A DNA stretch of 64,000 bases from positions 1 to 64,000 of IMG/VR virus record IMGVR_UViG_3300044611_001070. One strand, written 5' to 3'. Source of the DNA: a virus. Taxonomy: Duplodnaviria > Caudoviricetes. Shown one piece after another: positions 21,201 to 28,572 of this stretch. The notes beneath the pieces were generated by a model, which saw only the letters and a program-made list of their open reading frames with translations, was not told where the DNA came from and made no database searches. Made by a program: the position numbers and the translations under genes. The first letter of the stretch is position 1. Each line of letters opens with the position of its first letter.

Positions 21201-22411
21201 CTTTTGATCTTAGAAGAGCAAGTGATAATCCATTAGTTGAAAATCAATCTAATAAAAAAAATTGGGATAAATCAAATAAAGTTGTTGGGTTTAATATAGA
21301 CATTAGTAATCAAAATCAACAAATATTTAAAAATTTTAGTGTTGGTCAAGATGTTGGTAAACCTACTGCAGAATCTTTGGAGATGTTAAATCAAATGGCA
21401 AACCAAAGTAGAAACAGAAGTACAGGATCTCAAAACGTATCTTTATATAACTTATATAGAAATAGAAGTTACGAATGTTCTGTTGATATGTTAGGTAACG
21501 CTCTTATACAACCCATGATGTACTTTAATGTAAGAAACATACCTATGTTCTCAGGGCCATATATGATTACTTCGGTAACTCATCAGATTAGTGAAGGTGA
21601 ATTTAGTACAACATTTAAAGGTACAAGACAACCTTTTTATAGTTTACCTAAAATTGATAGTTTTATACAATCTTTAAGTTTGGATATAATATCTAAATTA
21701 CAGGAACAAGTAAAAGCAAATGAAGAAAAGAAAAAAAACTCAAGTGAAAATGTGATATTCCAAAAAAATAATGTGGTTTCAAATGTAACCGGTACTGATA
21801 CAATAACTAAAAATCAAGATTGTTCTGATAAAATTAATAGTGGTTATGTTGGGTATACACCATTAGATAGTCCAACATCAACTCAAATATCATATAAGGA
21901 TTTTAAAAAATTACTTGGAGATAGAATTGTCGCAAGTGGGGTACCAAAAGAAACAACAAGTAATAGTGTAACAACTATTAATCCTACTTTTAGAGATTTA
22001 TCTTATTATTTATTCTCATTTATTTATTTAGATTCCGCATCATCAAGTGGAATGAAAACTTATGAGAATAATTATAGTACAATTAATTTAACTGAAACTT
22101 ATGGGGAGGTACTTGCCAAAACAACTAATAAAAAGTTCTATTGTCTTTCAAGAGGCACTAATTTGAACATACCAATTGTATCATTTATATCTGCTGAAAA
22201 ATTTGTAGATTTTGCGATTGCTAGATTCAAAGATAAATTATCTTTAATTAATACAAATCTTACTGCTCAAGAGGATATTGTTAAATTGTATGTTACAAAG
22301 TATCCAATTAATCAACCTGATAATGTTTATACTGAAATGACAGAACAAGATAAAAATACATTACAAAATAAAGTAAAACAGGCAATAGATATATATAACT
22401 CAATAAATTAA
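15284..22411 (+). CDS. giant baseplate hub protein (gp27/gp44/VgrG-like termini, large insertions)
   Basis: N-terminal LGITDI....P.V.V.LVDVKGRALF..FF.LPYP.F.LT.KGYYG. C-terminal CSVDMLGNALIQPMMYF...PMFSGPYMITSVTHQI..F.T.F.G.R. Follows the LysM gene. Confidence 0.65.
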   Translation: MVDKGENILVEFDYDNITLIDPNKIVDSEGKVSDRLVKHENLVFYANLECNVLPRTKLALGSALNDSIRTVSVGKINFLNPGNKTFMDNRYTDEITGKGSVQGQGVNQPKLNAVQNPNKSDDFYLTQSTYSNGTPGAVDNGLLGITDIQVAIDTSFLPTVTVSLVDVKGRALFEGGNNSPYSAFFQLPYPMFYLTLKGYYGKAVRLPLMLQSFTSNFDNSSGNFKITLKFFGYKYTVMSYVNWGAMMAVPHMYNNFVSTTQASTNTTTGSNLEAVTQKPISRGYQKMKELYSEYKSKGLIDDDFPEITITQLKARLDRFINNILEKFTKENLGSITELDNFQTQLTEFQKKVFFYGDSWFETYMDKKNSYSLKDTKEVVYTYKKDYSDPNKQAEAETKLAGIFTEYQKLLESNSVAGKNGSYTVGGKITKSEVPVNATVEKCYAKINPLTDIDFAKTYEERTGKPSKTQTELDTFIATNSIAPGTKFFVFEGTDHFIDITEKAAKESSKLRREIEEKITDNLNEQLSKDTGVGFKPSIRNVLAVFFAQGEAFIRLMDDVHSKAWDLRENKYRRQAIFGSNSSALSVDVKSSTQNNEPIYPWPQVIKETLGDDKQEKFEIVYPGDKSISTMTKAYIPEIWPEVEFVEEFIKGYTDRVPKNPDYGDESNVVTRPNRLSLNALDFPVTNEVFQNKEEIKFFYEIYERIMVNTYYSKLNRQSGYDASIFMVEAEDEKINILKSLGDDNPFLTQKLKRYLIDQNNFLTFLRHISNQGQGESWQKFIRGEFTINYLKNKTNVPFELFNQQILTNERSQPNVSLTDESKIIDYIGNQTSSNEFDFSDMYPITNFNWCKNYLADGEALQNVNLAYNTKDVLSYNTTHKTICNFNNDDTNDKKRPITNFNYKADVFSQNINTSNFKTFYNNRKIEEQFTTEGNLNYSNYDGFLTETQTTSILNTPYFINAIQNGVYNFRYKPNDLSSYKQAAYLFLNSLPLASLREKYRSYNEPNDLSYILSTIKKFGAVHKLPYAWVVKYGSIWHRYKTWNDTGVDILDEVWKDFDYLGNYDPVTSASTKVYSLNIEGFQNNIVLENTVNSTPNLVAYNSTTMNTGFFPKLYDDMNVFLQGLQLFSGTTQLNGTCSIVGTTLDVYTINDNNLAPGEVLAGPTIDANTTIVSQINGTTGGVGKYTVDISQNTSILNGTCNVNLTTMDVLTFSGGTLSAGQIISGPNLALGTKIVSQVSGTTGGVGQYVVDISQTLTGENFTVVTPNIFYVTNSSTGGYSQTEIQTLINDGKMVMTTNEGGKIIETSGFDPNDNDRSLKITPWSTIVKTTEGDKYFIMPSFGYTKNQTKEECFKNNKMKIEASSNPAVFNGSVRLFWGSPNYGYFDNTKITKPNPDSYLKEILSDKKTQQNFSLNGDITKYDKISEMFTTFDTEILDYFEQEFLNFSRSIYDFKTLVPSDKDVETESERSYKNFQLLMRELLVVEKPSTLNSEGMINSVIEKQKTTFQGILTNFLEYNVVLKMGNPSMFDRRTFLTFSTKFLIDPVSYQGYSQGTSGSLPSNGGTITLAQSKIANPETWKTLEKYVGFSEIPELVYSDNGSYITDFFIDLNVQFTEKNIKDFAPLIMLYATQKLNNFEVPTNNVFIPNPVPTPAPSPQTPGDLLMVVTLKDTKTISVYKFGPQKYGVYKDASGTILYTGPSLSAFQYPLNITVVNEIIISQYSTGLASTPNDPQFIISIVNVTPSQVTTTTTTLPIVQNLGNSLGGVKFYGLMDEYLDKSEIYLKNVISNLMTGVRAGLPNITIEGDKGNKSQLEGEQTRVEIWETFKAFNDTWVAGGDFKSKTMFEDVLLFDRASRDVGQKVYVDIFKIKDLIEGSLYKNNMLDIVSTILTQNNFTYFPLPAYANFYNAQDAEKNPVPRSEGSTEFANSFWGTFLNVDYRNTSPKFLCYYANKPSQYVDMKDNVDYRFRDDAFDLRRASDNPLVENQSNKKNWDKSNKVVGFNIDISNQNQQIFKNFSVGQDVGKPTAESLEMLNQMANQSRNRSTGSQNVSLYNLYRNRSYECSVDMLGNALIQPMMYFNVRNIPMFSGPYMITSVTHQISEGEFSTTFKGTRQPFYSLPKIDSFIQSLSLDIISKLQEQVKANEEKKKNSSENVIFQKNNVVSNVTGTDTITKNQDCSDKINSGYVGYTPLDSPTSTQISYKDFKKLLGDRIVASGVPKETTSNSVTTINPTFRDLSYYLFSFIYLDSASSSGMKTYENNYSTINLTETYGEVLAKTTNKKFYCLSRGTNLNIPIVSFISAEKFVDFAIARFKDKLSLINTNLTAQEDIVKLYVTKYPINQPDNVYTEMTEQDKNTLQNKVKQAIDIYNSIN
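18680..19045 (+). repeat. tandem duplication of a 63-aa beta-rich module (189 nt period) in the hub protein
   Basis: LNGTC...GP....T.IVSQ..GTTGGVG.Y.VDISQ occurs twice, starting at 18680 and 18869. Confidence 0.9.
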
Positions 22412-22450
22412 TTTTATTGAATAACTAGATATTTATAAATAAAAACAATT

Positions 22451-22675
22451 ATGGATACAAAATTAATTTTAGACAACTACTTGGGTAAAAACACAAGAGT
22501 GTCAGAGAAAGATAAAGGTAATGGGTACAAAGAAGTTTGTGACTTAGACACTGGAGATTGTTATACGCTTAGAATAAAAGACGGATTAATTGAAAGAGTT
22601 GATAATACTATGAACACATTCAAAAAAATACAAGTAGAAACTAAAACAGGAATTAAACAATTATTAAACGGATAA
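22451..22675 (+). CDS. hypothetical protein
   Basis: 74 aa with EVCDLDTGDCY. TATTTAT motif upstream at 22430. Confidence 0.6.
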   Translation: MDTKLILDNYLGKNTRVSEKDKGNGYKEVCDLDTGDCYTLRIKDGLIERVDNTMNTFKKIQVETKTGIKQLLNG

Positions 22676-22677
22676 CC

Positions 22678-23370
22678 ATGGCAATAGATAAAAAAATATT
22701 AAAAGAAATAAGTAGATTTAATTCTATTAACAAATACATAACTGAACAAGTTGATCCTGCATTAGACGCTGCGTTGGCACCACCTGCGGATCCTGCATTA
22801 GCGGGCGGAGCTCCACCTGTTGATCCTGCTGCTCCTGCTGCTCCTGCTGCTCCTGTTGATCCTGCGGCTCCTGCGGATCCTAATGCAGTTGCTCCAATTC
22901 CACCGGCAGCACCTATTGATATTGCAACCGATCCTGAGGTAGAAGAACTTGGATCTGAGGGAGAAGAAGAAGAAAACAAAGAAGAATTAGATGTTACAGA
23001 TTTAGTTGCAAGTCAAAAAAATATGGAACAAAAACAAGAAGAATATTTTGATAACTTATTTGCTCAACTAAAAACTCTTGAGGAAAAATTAGGTGAAATG
23101 GATGGTTTGGTAACAACCATAAATAACTTAGAAACTAAGTTTGATAAATTTAGACCAAAAACTCCACAAGAGAAATTAGAACTAAGAAGTTTAGATTCAG
23201 GTCCTTTTAATCAAAAATTATCTGATTTCTTTGAAGACAAAGAACCTGATATGGAAAAATCGGGTAAAAATGAATATGTTTTAACAACTGATGATGCTAA
23301 TAATTACTCTACAAATGATGTTGAAACTTCATTTAATAATTACGACGACGAAGACACAAATATGATGTAA
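22678..23370 (+). CDS. acidic Pro/Ala-rich coiled-coil protein (possibly scaffold or virion-associated)
   Basis: PAADP low-complexity tract, E-rich stretch, then a heptad-like region. Confidence 0.55.
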   Translation: MAIDKKILKEISRFNSINKYITEQVDPALDAALAPPADPALAGGAPPVDPAAPAAPAAPVDPAAPADPNAVAPIPPAAPIDIATDPEVEELGSEGEEEENKEELDVTDLVASQKNMEQKQEEYFDNLFAQLKTLEEKLGEMDGLVTTINNLETKFDKFRPKTPQEKLELRSLDSGPFNQKLSDFFEDKEPDMEKSGKNEYVLTTDDANNYSTNDVETSFNNYDDEDTNMM

Positions 23371-23377
23371 TACTTTA

Positions 23378-23412
23378 GAGAGGGACATCAATGTCCCTCT
23401 CAAGTTTTTTTT
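23378..23412 (+). terminator. rho-independent terminator closing the tail block
   Basis: GAGAGGGACAT-CA-ATGTCCCTCTC, then AAG and a T run. Confidence 0.8.
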
Positions 23413-23422
23413 AAATATTTTA

Positions 23423-23451
23423 TTGACTACCCTACTTTTTATAACTATATT
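23423..23451 (+). promoter_or_regulatory. sigma70-like promoter of the replication block
   Basis: TTGACT-N17-TATATT, 32 nt before the SSB start. Confidence 0.7.
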
Positions 23452-23483
23452 TTCTACGTAAACCTTTAATAAATATATACAAA

Positions 23484-24347
23484 ATGGCGACAAACAATGT
23501 TTTAGATGCAGTTTTGGCTCAGTATGAGAGTTCAAAACAAAGTGGTTCTTCTTCCACTTCAAAATTCACACAAGAAGAAAGAATGAAAAAGTATTTCGCG
23601 GCAATCCTTAAAGATAGCGAAAAACAAGGTCAACGAACAATCCGTATTTTACCTACAACTGATGGATCATCTCCTTTTAAGGAAGTTTGGTTTCACGAAA
23701 TCAATGTTGATGGTAAATGGCAGAAGTTCTATGATCCAGGAAAAAATGACAACGAACGTTCACCTTTGAATGAGGTATATGACGAGTTAATGTCAACAGG
23801 TCGTGAATCCGACAAACAATTAGCTATACAATACAAAGCACGTAAGTTTTATATTGTTAAAGTAATTGACCGTGATCACGAAGAAGATGGTGTTAAATTT
23901 TGGAGATTTAAACACAATTACAAACAAGAAGGAATCCTTGACAAAATTATTCCGATTTGGAAAGCAAAAGGTGATGTTACTGACTCTGATAATGGACGTG
24001 ACTTAATCCTTGAACTTACAAAGGCAAAGACACCAAAAGGTGCAACATATACGGTTATCCAAACCGTTATGTATGACGATCCAACACCAACACATGAAGA
24101 CGCTGAACAAGCATCAACATGGATCAACAATGAGTTGACTTGGGAGGACGTATACTCTAAGAAACCTGTTGAATATCTTGAATCAATTGCAAGAGGTGAA
24201 ACTCCACGTTGGGACACTGACGCAGGAAAATACATCTACTCAAATAATCAAGAAGAAGAGATTTCTATGGGTGGAAGTGTAAAGTCTGAAGTTAAAAAGG
24301 CTGATCCTCAGTCTAATCAAGAAGTTGACGAAGATTTACCATTCTAA
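23484..24347 (+). CDS. single-stranded DNA-binding protein (T4 gp32-like)
   Basis: IRILP...SPF.EVWFH, KFYIVKVIDRD, G.KFW.F, GRDL, and an acidic tail ending DEDLPF. Confidence 0.8.
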   Translation: MATNNVLDAVLAQYESSKQSGSSSTSKFTQEERMKKYFAAILKDSEKQGQRTIRILPTTDGSSPFKEVWFHEINVDGKWQKFYDPGKNDNERSPLNEVYDELMSTGRESDKQLAIQYKARKFYIVKVIDRDHEEDGVKFWRFKHNYKQEGILDKIIPIWKAKGDVTDSDNGRDLILELTKAKTPKGATYTVIQTVMYDDPTPTHEDAEQASTWINNELTWEDVYSKKPVEYLESIARGETPRWDTDAGKYIYSNNQEEEISMGGSVKSEVKKADPQSNQEVDEDLPF

Positions 24348-24359
24348 TTAAACTTTAAC

Positions 24360-24395
24360 ATGGACACTTGGAAATACTGAGTGTCCATATTTTTT
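24360..24395 (+). terminator. rho-independent terminator/attenuating hairpin after SSB
   Basis: ATGGACACT...AGTGTCCAT followed by ATTTTTT. Confidence 0.7.
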
Positions 24396-24408
24396 AAAAT
24401 CAAAAAAA

Positions 24409-24639
24409 ATGAGCAAAATAGCAGAAAAAATGTATGAGGCATTGTCCTTAAAATATCGTAGTGAAATGGCAGAAGCGGAAGCAACATTATTAGTTTATTT
24501 AACTTCGCCTGTTGGTATTGGTGAACATCCACAACATCTTGAAGAAATGGATAAATTGGTTGAAAAATTCGCTAATGCACAAGATAAACTTGAGTCATTG
24601 GAAAAAATTCGTAAATATAATTCAGTAATTACAGAATAA
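24409..24639 (+). CDS. conserved small phage protein
   Basis: 76 aa, helical, with a VGIGEHPQ..EE motif recalled from T4-like phage hypothetical proteins. Confidence 0.65.
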   Translation: MSKIAEKMYEALSLKYRSEMAEAEATLLVYLTSPVGIGEHPQHLEEMDKLVEKFANAQDKLESLEKIRKYNSVITE

Positions 24640-24640
24640 C

Positions 24641-25624
24641 ATGGCAATAAGAAAAAGAGAAATATCTTTAGAGTCAATCAAAGATAAGTACTCAACAAAA
24701 ACAAAATACAAACCAGAAAGTTTTTATAATCTTGGGGAGGCTTTTTTGGGGTCATCTGGATTACCGGGACCTATTATGGGTGGTATAAATATGTTTTTAG
24801 GTCATTCAAATACTTCAAAAACAACGGCAATGATCCTTGCGGCAGCAGATGCTCAGAAAAAAGGACACTTACCTATTCTTATTATTACTGAGAAAAAGTG
24901 GTCTTGGGAACACGCTATTGAATTAGGGTTACAGGCTGAAAAAAATGAACTTGGTGAGTATGACGGTATGTTTATATTTAATGATTCGTTTGATGTAATT
25001 GAACAAGCAACTGAATTTATTAATAATATTCTTGACGCTCAAGAAAAGGGAGAGATTCCTTATAGTTTATTATTTTTGTGGGACAGTATTGGAAGTATAC
25101 CTTGTCAGATGACTTTTGACGGTAAAGGTGGTGGAATGCACAACGCAAAAGTATTGGCGGATAAAATTGGTATGGGAATTCATTCAAGAATATCAAAATC
25201 TAAAAAAGAAGACTACCCATATTACAATACTTTAGTGATCTTAAATCAGCCTTGGGTGTTACTACCTGATAATCCATTTGGACAACCTGAAATTAAGGCT
25301 AAAGGTGGTGAGGCGGTATGGTTGGCATCATCATTAGTGTTCTTATTTGGTAATCAGAAAAAGGCAGGTATTAGTCATATTGATGCGACTAAGAATGGTA
25401 GAAAAGTATCATTTGCAATTAGAACAAAAATTTCTATATTAAAGAATCACGTTAATGGTCTTGGGTATAAAGATGGTAAGATCATCGCAGTACCACAAGG
25501 TTATATTACAGACACAAAAGAATCTTTGGATAACTATAAGAAAGAATATTCTGATTATTGGGAAACAAAATTAGGGTATTCAGATTATTCTTTGGATGAA
25601 TCTGATGATGACTCTGACGAGTAA
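24641..25624 (+). CDS. uvsX: RecA/UvsX-like recombinase
   Basis: Variant Walker A GHSNTSKTT, ITEKK, Walker B LFLWDSIG, ILNQ, KAKGGEA, KNHV. Confidence 0.85.
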   Translation: MAIRKREISLESIKDKYSTKTKYKPESFYNLGEAFLGSSGLPGPIMGGINMFLGHSNTSKTTAMILAAADAQKKGHLPILIITEKKWSWEHAIELGLQAEKNELGEYDGMFIFNDSFDVIEQATEFINNILDAQEKGEIPYSLLFLWDSIGSIPCQMTFDGKGGGMHNAKVLADKIGMGIHSRISKSKKEDYPYYNTLVILNQPWVLLPDNPFGQPEIKAKGGEAVWLASSLVFLFGNQKKAGISHIDATKNGRKVSFAIRTKISILKNHVNGLGYKDGKIIAVPQGYITDTKESLDNYKKEYSDYWETKLGYSDYSLDESDDDSDE

Positions 25625-25654
25625 AAAGTATTTCAAACGACTTAAAAAATTTAA

Positions 25655-26665
25655 ATGGTCAAAACATTAATTGTTGATGGTAACAATTTATTAAAAATAG
25701 GATTTCACGGAGTTAAGGATTTTTATAATAATGGGGAACACATTGGTGGGACTTGGCATTTTCTTAACACAATTCGTAAATTTTTAGAAGAAACCAATTT
25801 TAATAAAGTTATGGTCTTTTGGGATAGTGATACAAACTCATCACAAAGAAAATTAATATATCCAAAATATAAGATGAATCGTAAGTCTTCTCCTAATGAT
25901 GAGGAGAAGACAGATTCATTTAACAAACAAAAAACAAGGGTTAAACAATATCTTGAAGATATGTTTATAAGGCAATTAGAGGTTGAAAATTCGGAAGCGG
26001 ATGATCTTATTGCCTACTATTGTCAAATCTCTTTAGATGAAGAGAAAACGATATTCTCAAGCGATAAAGACTTAACTCAATTAATTTCAGAAAAGGTATT
26101 AATCTATTCACCAAACTTAAAGTCGTATTATAGATTTGGGGACAACATTAAATTTAAAGATTGTTCTATTCCTCATTATAATGTTATGACATTTAAGATC
26201 CTTGCTGGTGATACTTCGGATAATATTGACGGAATAAGTTTAATGGGTGAGAAAACTTTAATTAAATTTTTCCCTGAAATACTTGATTTGAAGACATCTT
26301 TAACCGATATTTTAACAAAGGGTGAGTTATTGTTAAAAGAACAAAAAACAAATGTTGTTTTAGGAAATCTACTCAGTGGAAAAACCAAAGAAGGTATTAT
26401 GGGTGATGATTTTTTTAAAATCAATAAAAAACTTGTAGATCTGTCAGAACCTTTAATTGATGAAAAGGGTAAAGAAATGGTTAGGGAATATTACTCTGAA
26501 TCGATGGATCCCGATGGGAGAGGACATAGAAACCTAATTAGAATGATGATGGACGACGGATTCTTCAAATACCTACCAAAAGGTGATGACTCTTGGGTTA
26601 ATTTTTTAAAACCATTTTTAAAATTATCAAGAAAAGAAAAAACAAAATTTAGAAACAAAAAGTAA
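25655..26665 (+). CDS. 5'-3' exonuclease/flap endonuclease (T4 RNase H, PolI N-terminal-like)
   Basis: LIVDGNNL, YK.NR, EADDLIA, SSDKDL.QL, GD.SDNIDG...GEKT. Confidence 0.92.
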   Translation: MVKTLIVDGNNLLKIGFHGVKDFYNNGEHIGGTWHFLNTIRKFLEETNFNKVMVFWDSDTNSSQRKLIYPKYKMNRKSSPNDEEKTDSFNKQKTRVKQYLEDMFIRQLEVENSEADDLIAYYCQISLDEEKTIFSSDKDLTQLISEKVLIYSPNLKSYYRFGDNIKFKDCSIPHYNVMTFKILAGDTSDNIDGISLMGEKTLIKFFPEILDLKTSLTDILTKGELLLKEQKTNVVLGNLLSGKTKEGIMGDDFFKINKKLVDLSEPLIDEKGKEMVREYYSESMDPDGRGHRNLIRMMMDDGFFKYLPKGDDSWVNFLKPFLKLSRKEKTKFRNKK

Positions 26666-26679
26666 AAACAAAAAAAAAG

Positions 26680-27129
26680 ATGAGAGATCAAGATGTAACA
26701 AAAGTTGAATTCCTATTAATGTGTAATGATAACATTGTAGTACAACGTTTTTTTAATGTTAAAGGGTTTAACAAAACTGCTCACAAATCTGAGGACTTTT
26801 ATGATCATATGAGTATGGTATGTCGTAAATTACAATATGATTTAAAAATGAGATCAGTGGTCTATATGTTAGACAACAAATATGAAATTTCTGAGAACCC
26901 AGAGATTTTAAATACGTCAATTACTGACGGTGATGAAAATTTTAACCTTTATATTAAGGTTGGAGACCTGACAATTTGTCAGAGAAGGTTTGACGCTAAA
27001 GTGTACCCCCCAAAGGTAAGATATACCGTAGACCTACGACCAAAGCTAAAAGGTATACTAAACGACCTGACTGACATTTTTTCAGGCAAAAATTTTAATT
27101 ATTTTTACCCTGAATTTATCCAAAACTAA
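26680..27129 (+). CDS. hypothetical protein
   Basis: 149 aa ORF within the replication block, no recognised motif. Confidence 0.6.
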   Translation: MRDQDVTKVEFLLMCNDNIVVQRFFNVKGFNKTAHKSEDFYDHMSMVCRKLQYDLKMRSVVYMLDNKYEISENPEILNTSITDGDENFNLYIKVGDLTICQRRFDAKVYPPKVRYTVDLRPKLKGILNDLTDIFSGKNFNYFYPEFIQN

Positions 27130-27161
27130 TAGTATTTATCTTTACTGACAGAAGGAGAATT

Positions 27162-28541
27162 ATGGCGACAAACAAAAATTTTGAGTATCTAGGAAACACA
27201 TTCCAATTACAATTACTTAATCAAATTATTTTAGATAAAGATTTTTCACATTCAATTATTGATGTGATTGAAAACAATTATTTTGAAAATAAATACTTTA
27301 AAATAATTACCCAAATGATCAGAGAGTATTATACAAAATATGATCACACACCATCATTTGAGACACTAGAACAGATTACTAAATCTGAATTACAACAAGA
27401 GATTGCATCCAAGATAGTATTGGATACAATTAAAAAAATTAAGGATGCACCTATTGATGGTGTAGCTTTTGTACAGGAAAAGGCGTTAAAGTTCTGTAAA
27501 CAACAGGAACTTCAAAAGGTTATGACCAAAGCTCAAAAAATCATTGATGGTGGTGAATTTGAGAACTATGATGCCCTTGAGGAAATGGTTAGAGGAGCTT
27601 TACAAGTAGGAGCTAAAGACACAAGTTCAATGGATGTCTTCTCCAATATTGATCAGGTCCTTGATGAAGACTACAGACACCCAATTCCAATGGGAATACC
27701 TGGAATTGATAGACTATTGAAAGGTGGTTTAGCTAAAGGTGAGATTGGGGTTATATTAGCACCAACAGGTGTGGGTAAATCTACCGTTTTAACTAAAATT
27801 GCAAACCACGCATTTAACTTAGGAAACAACGTACTTCAAATCTTTTTTGAAGATAATCCAAAGGTAATTCAAAGAAAACACTACACACTTTGGACTAAGA
27901 TTCATCCTGATGAATTATCAGAAAAAAGAGACGAAGTTATCAAAAAGGTTAAAGATATTGAGGAATCTATGTCAAATAAGTTAATTATGACTAAGTTACC
28001 ATCTGATACGGTAACTATGTCACAAATTAAGAATCAAATCAGAAAGATGGTTGCTGATGGTAATAAGATTGATATGGTATTACTTGATTACATTGACTGT
28101 GTTGTTCCTGATAAGAATTTAGGTGATGAATGGAAGAGTGAGGGGTCTGTAATGAGAGCATTTGAAGCAATGTGTCACGAAATGGATTTAGTTGGATGGA
28201 CTGCAACACAAGGTAATAGAAGTTCTATTTCTTCTGAGGTTGTAACAACTGATCAAATGGGTGGATCAATTAAAAAGGCACAAGTTGGTCACGTTATTAT
28301 TACGGTTGCAAAAACACTTCAACAGAAAGAAATGAAATTAGCAACAATAGCAATTACAAAATCAAGGGTTGGTGATGACGGAGTTGTATTTGAGAATTGT
28401 AAATTTGATAATGCAATGTTAGACATTGATACCGAGAGTTCTATGACTTTCTTAGGTTTGGAAGAACAAAAAGAAGAAAGACAAAGATTAAGAGTTAAAG
28501 AGTTGTTAGAAAAAAGACAACAAAGAGAACAAAAAAATTAA
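27162..28541 (+). CDS. replicative DNA helicase (DnaB/gp41-like)
   Basis: Walker A APTGVGKS, Walker B LLDYID, WTATQ.NR, K.R.G. AAGGAG lies upstream. Confidence 0.92.
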   Translation: MATNKNFEYLGNTFQLQLLNQIILDKDFSHSIIDVIENNYFENKYFKIITQMIREYYTKYDHTPSFETLEQITKSELQQEIASKIVLDTIKKIKDAPIDGVAFVQEKALKFCKQQELQKVMTKAQKIIDGGEFENYDALEEMVRGALQVGAKDTSSMDVFSNIDQVLDEDYRHPIPMGIPGIDRLLKGGLAKGEIGVILAPTGVGKSTVLTKIANHAFNLGNNVLQIFFEDNPKVIQRKHYTLWTKIHPDELSEKRDEVIKKVKDIEESMSNKLIMTKLPSDTVTMSQIKNQIRKMVADGNKIDMVLLDYIDCVVPDKNLGDEWKSEGSVMRAFEAMCHEMDLVGWTATQGNRSSISSEVVTTDQMGGSIKKAQVGHVIITVAKTLQQKEMKLATIAITKSRVGDDGVVFENCKFDNAMLDIDTESSMTFLGLEEQKEERQRLRVKELLEKRQQREQKN

Positions 28542-28572
28542 ATAAACAAACAAACAAATAATTAATTAAAAA

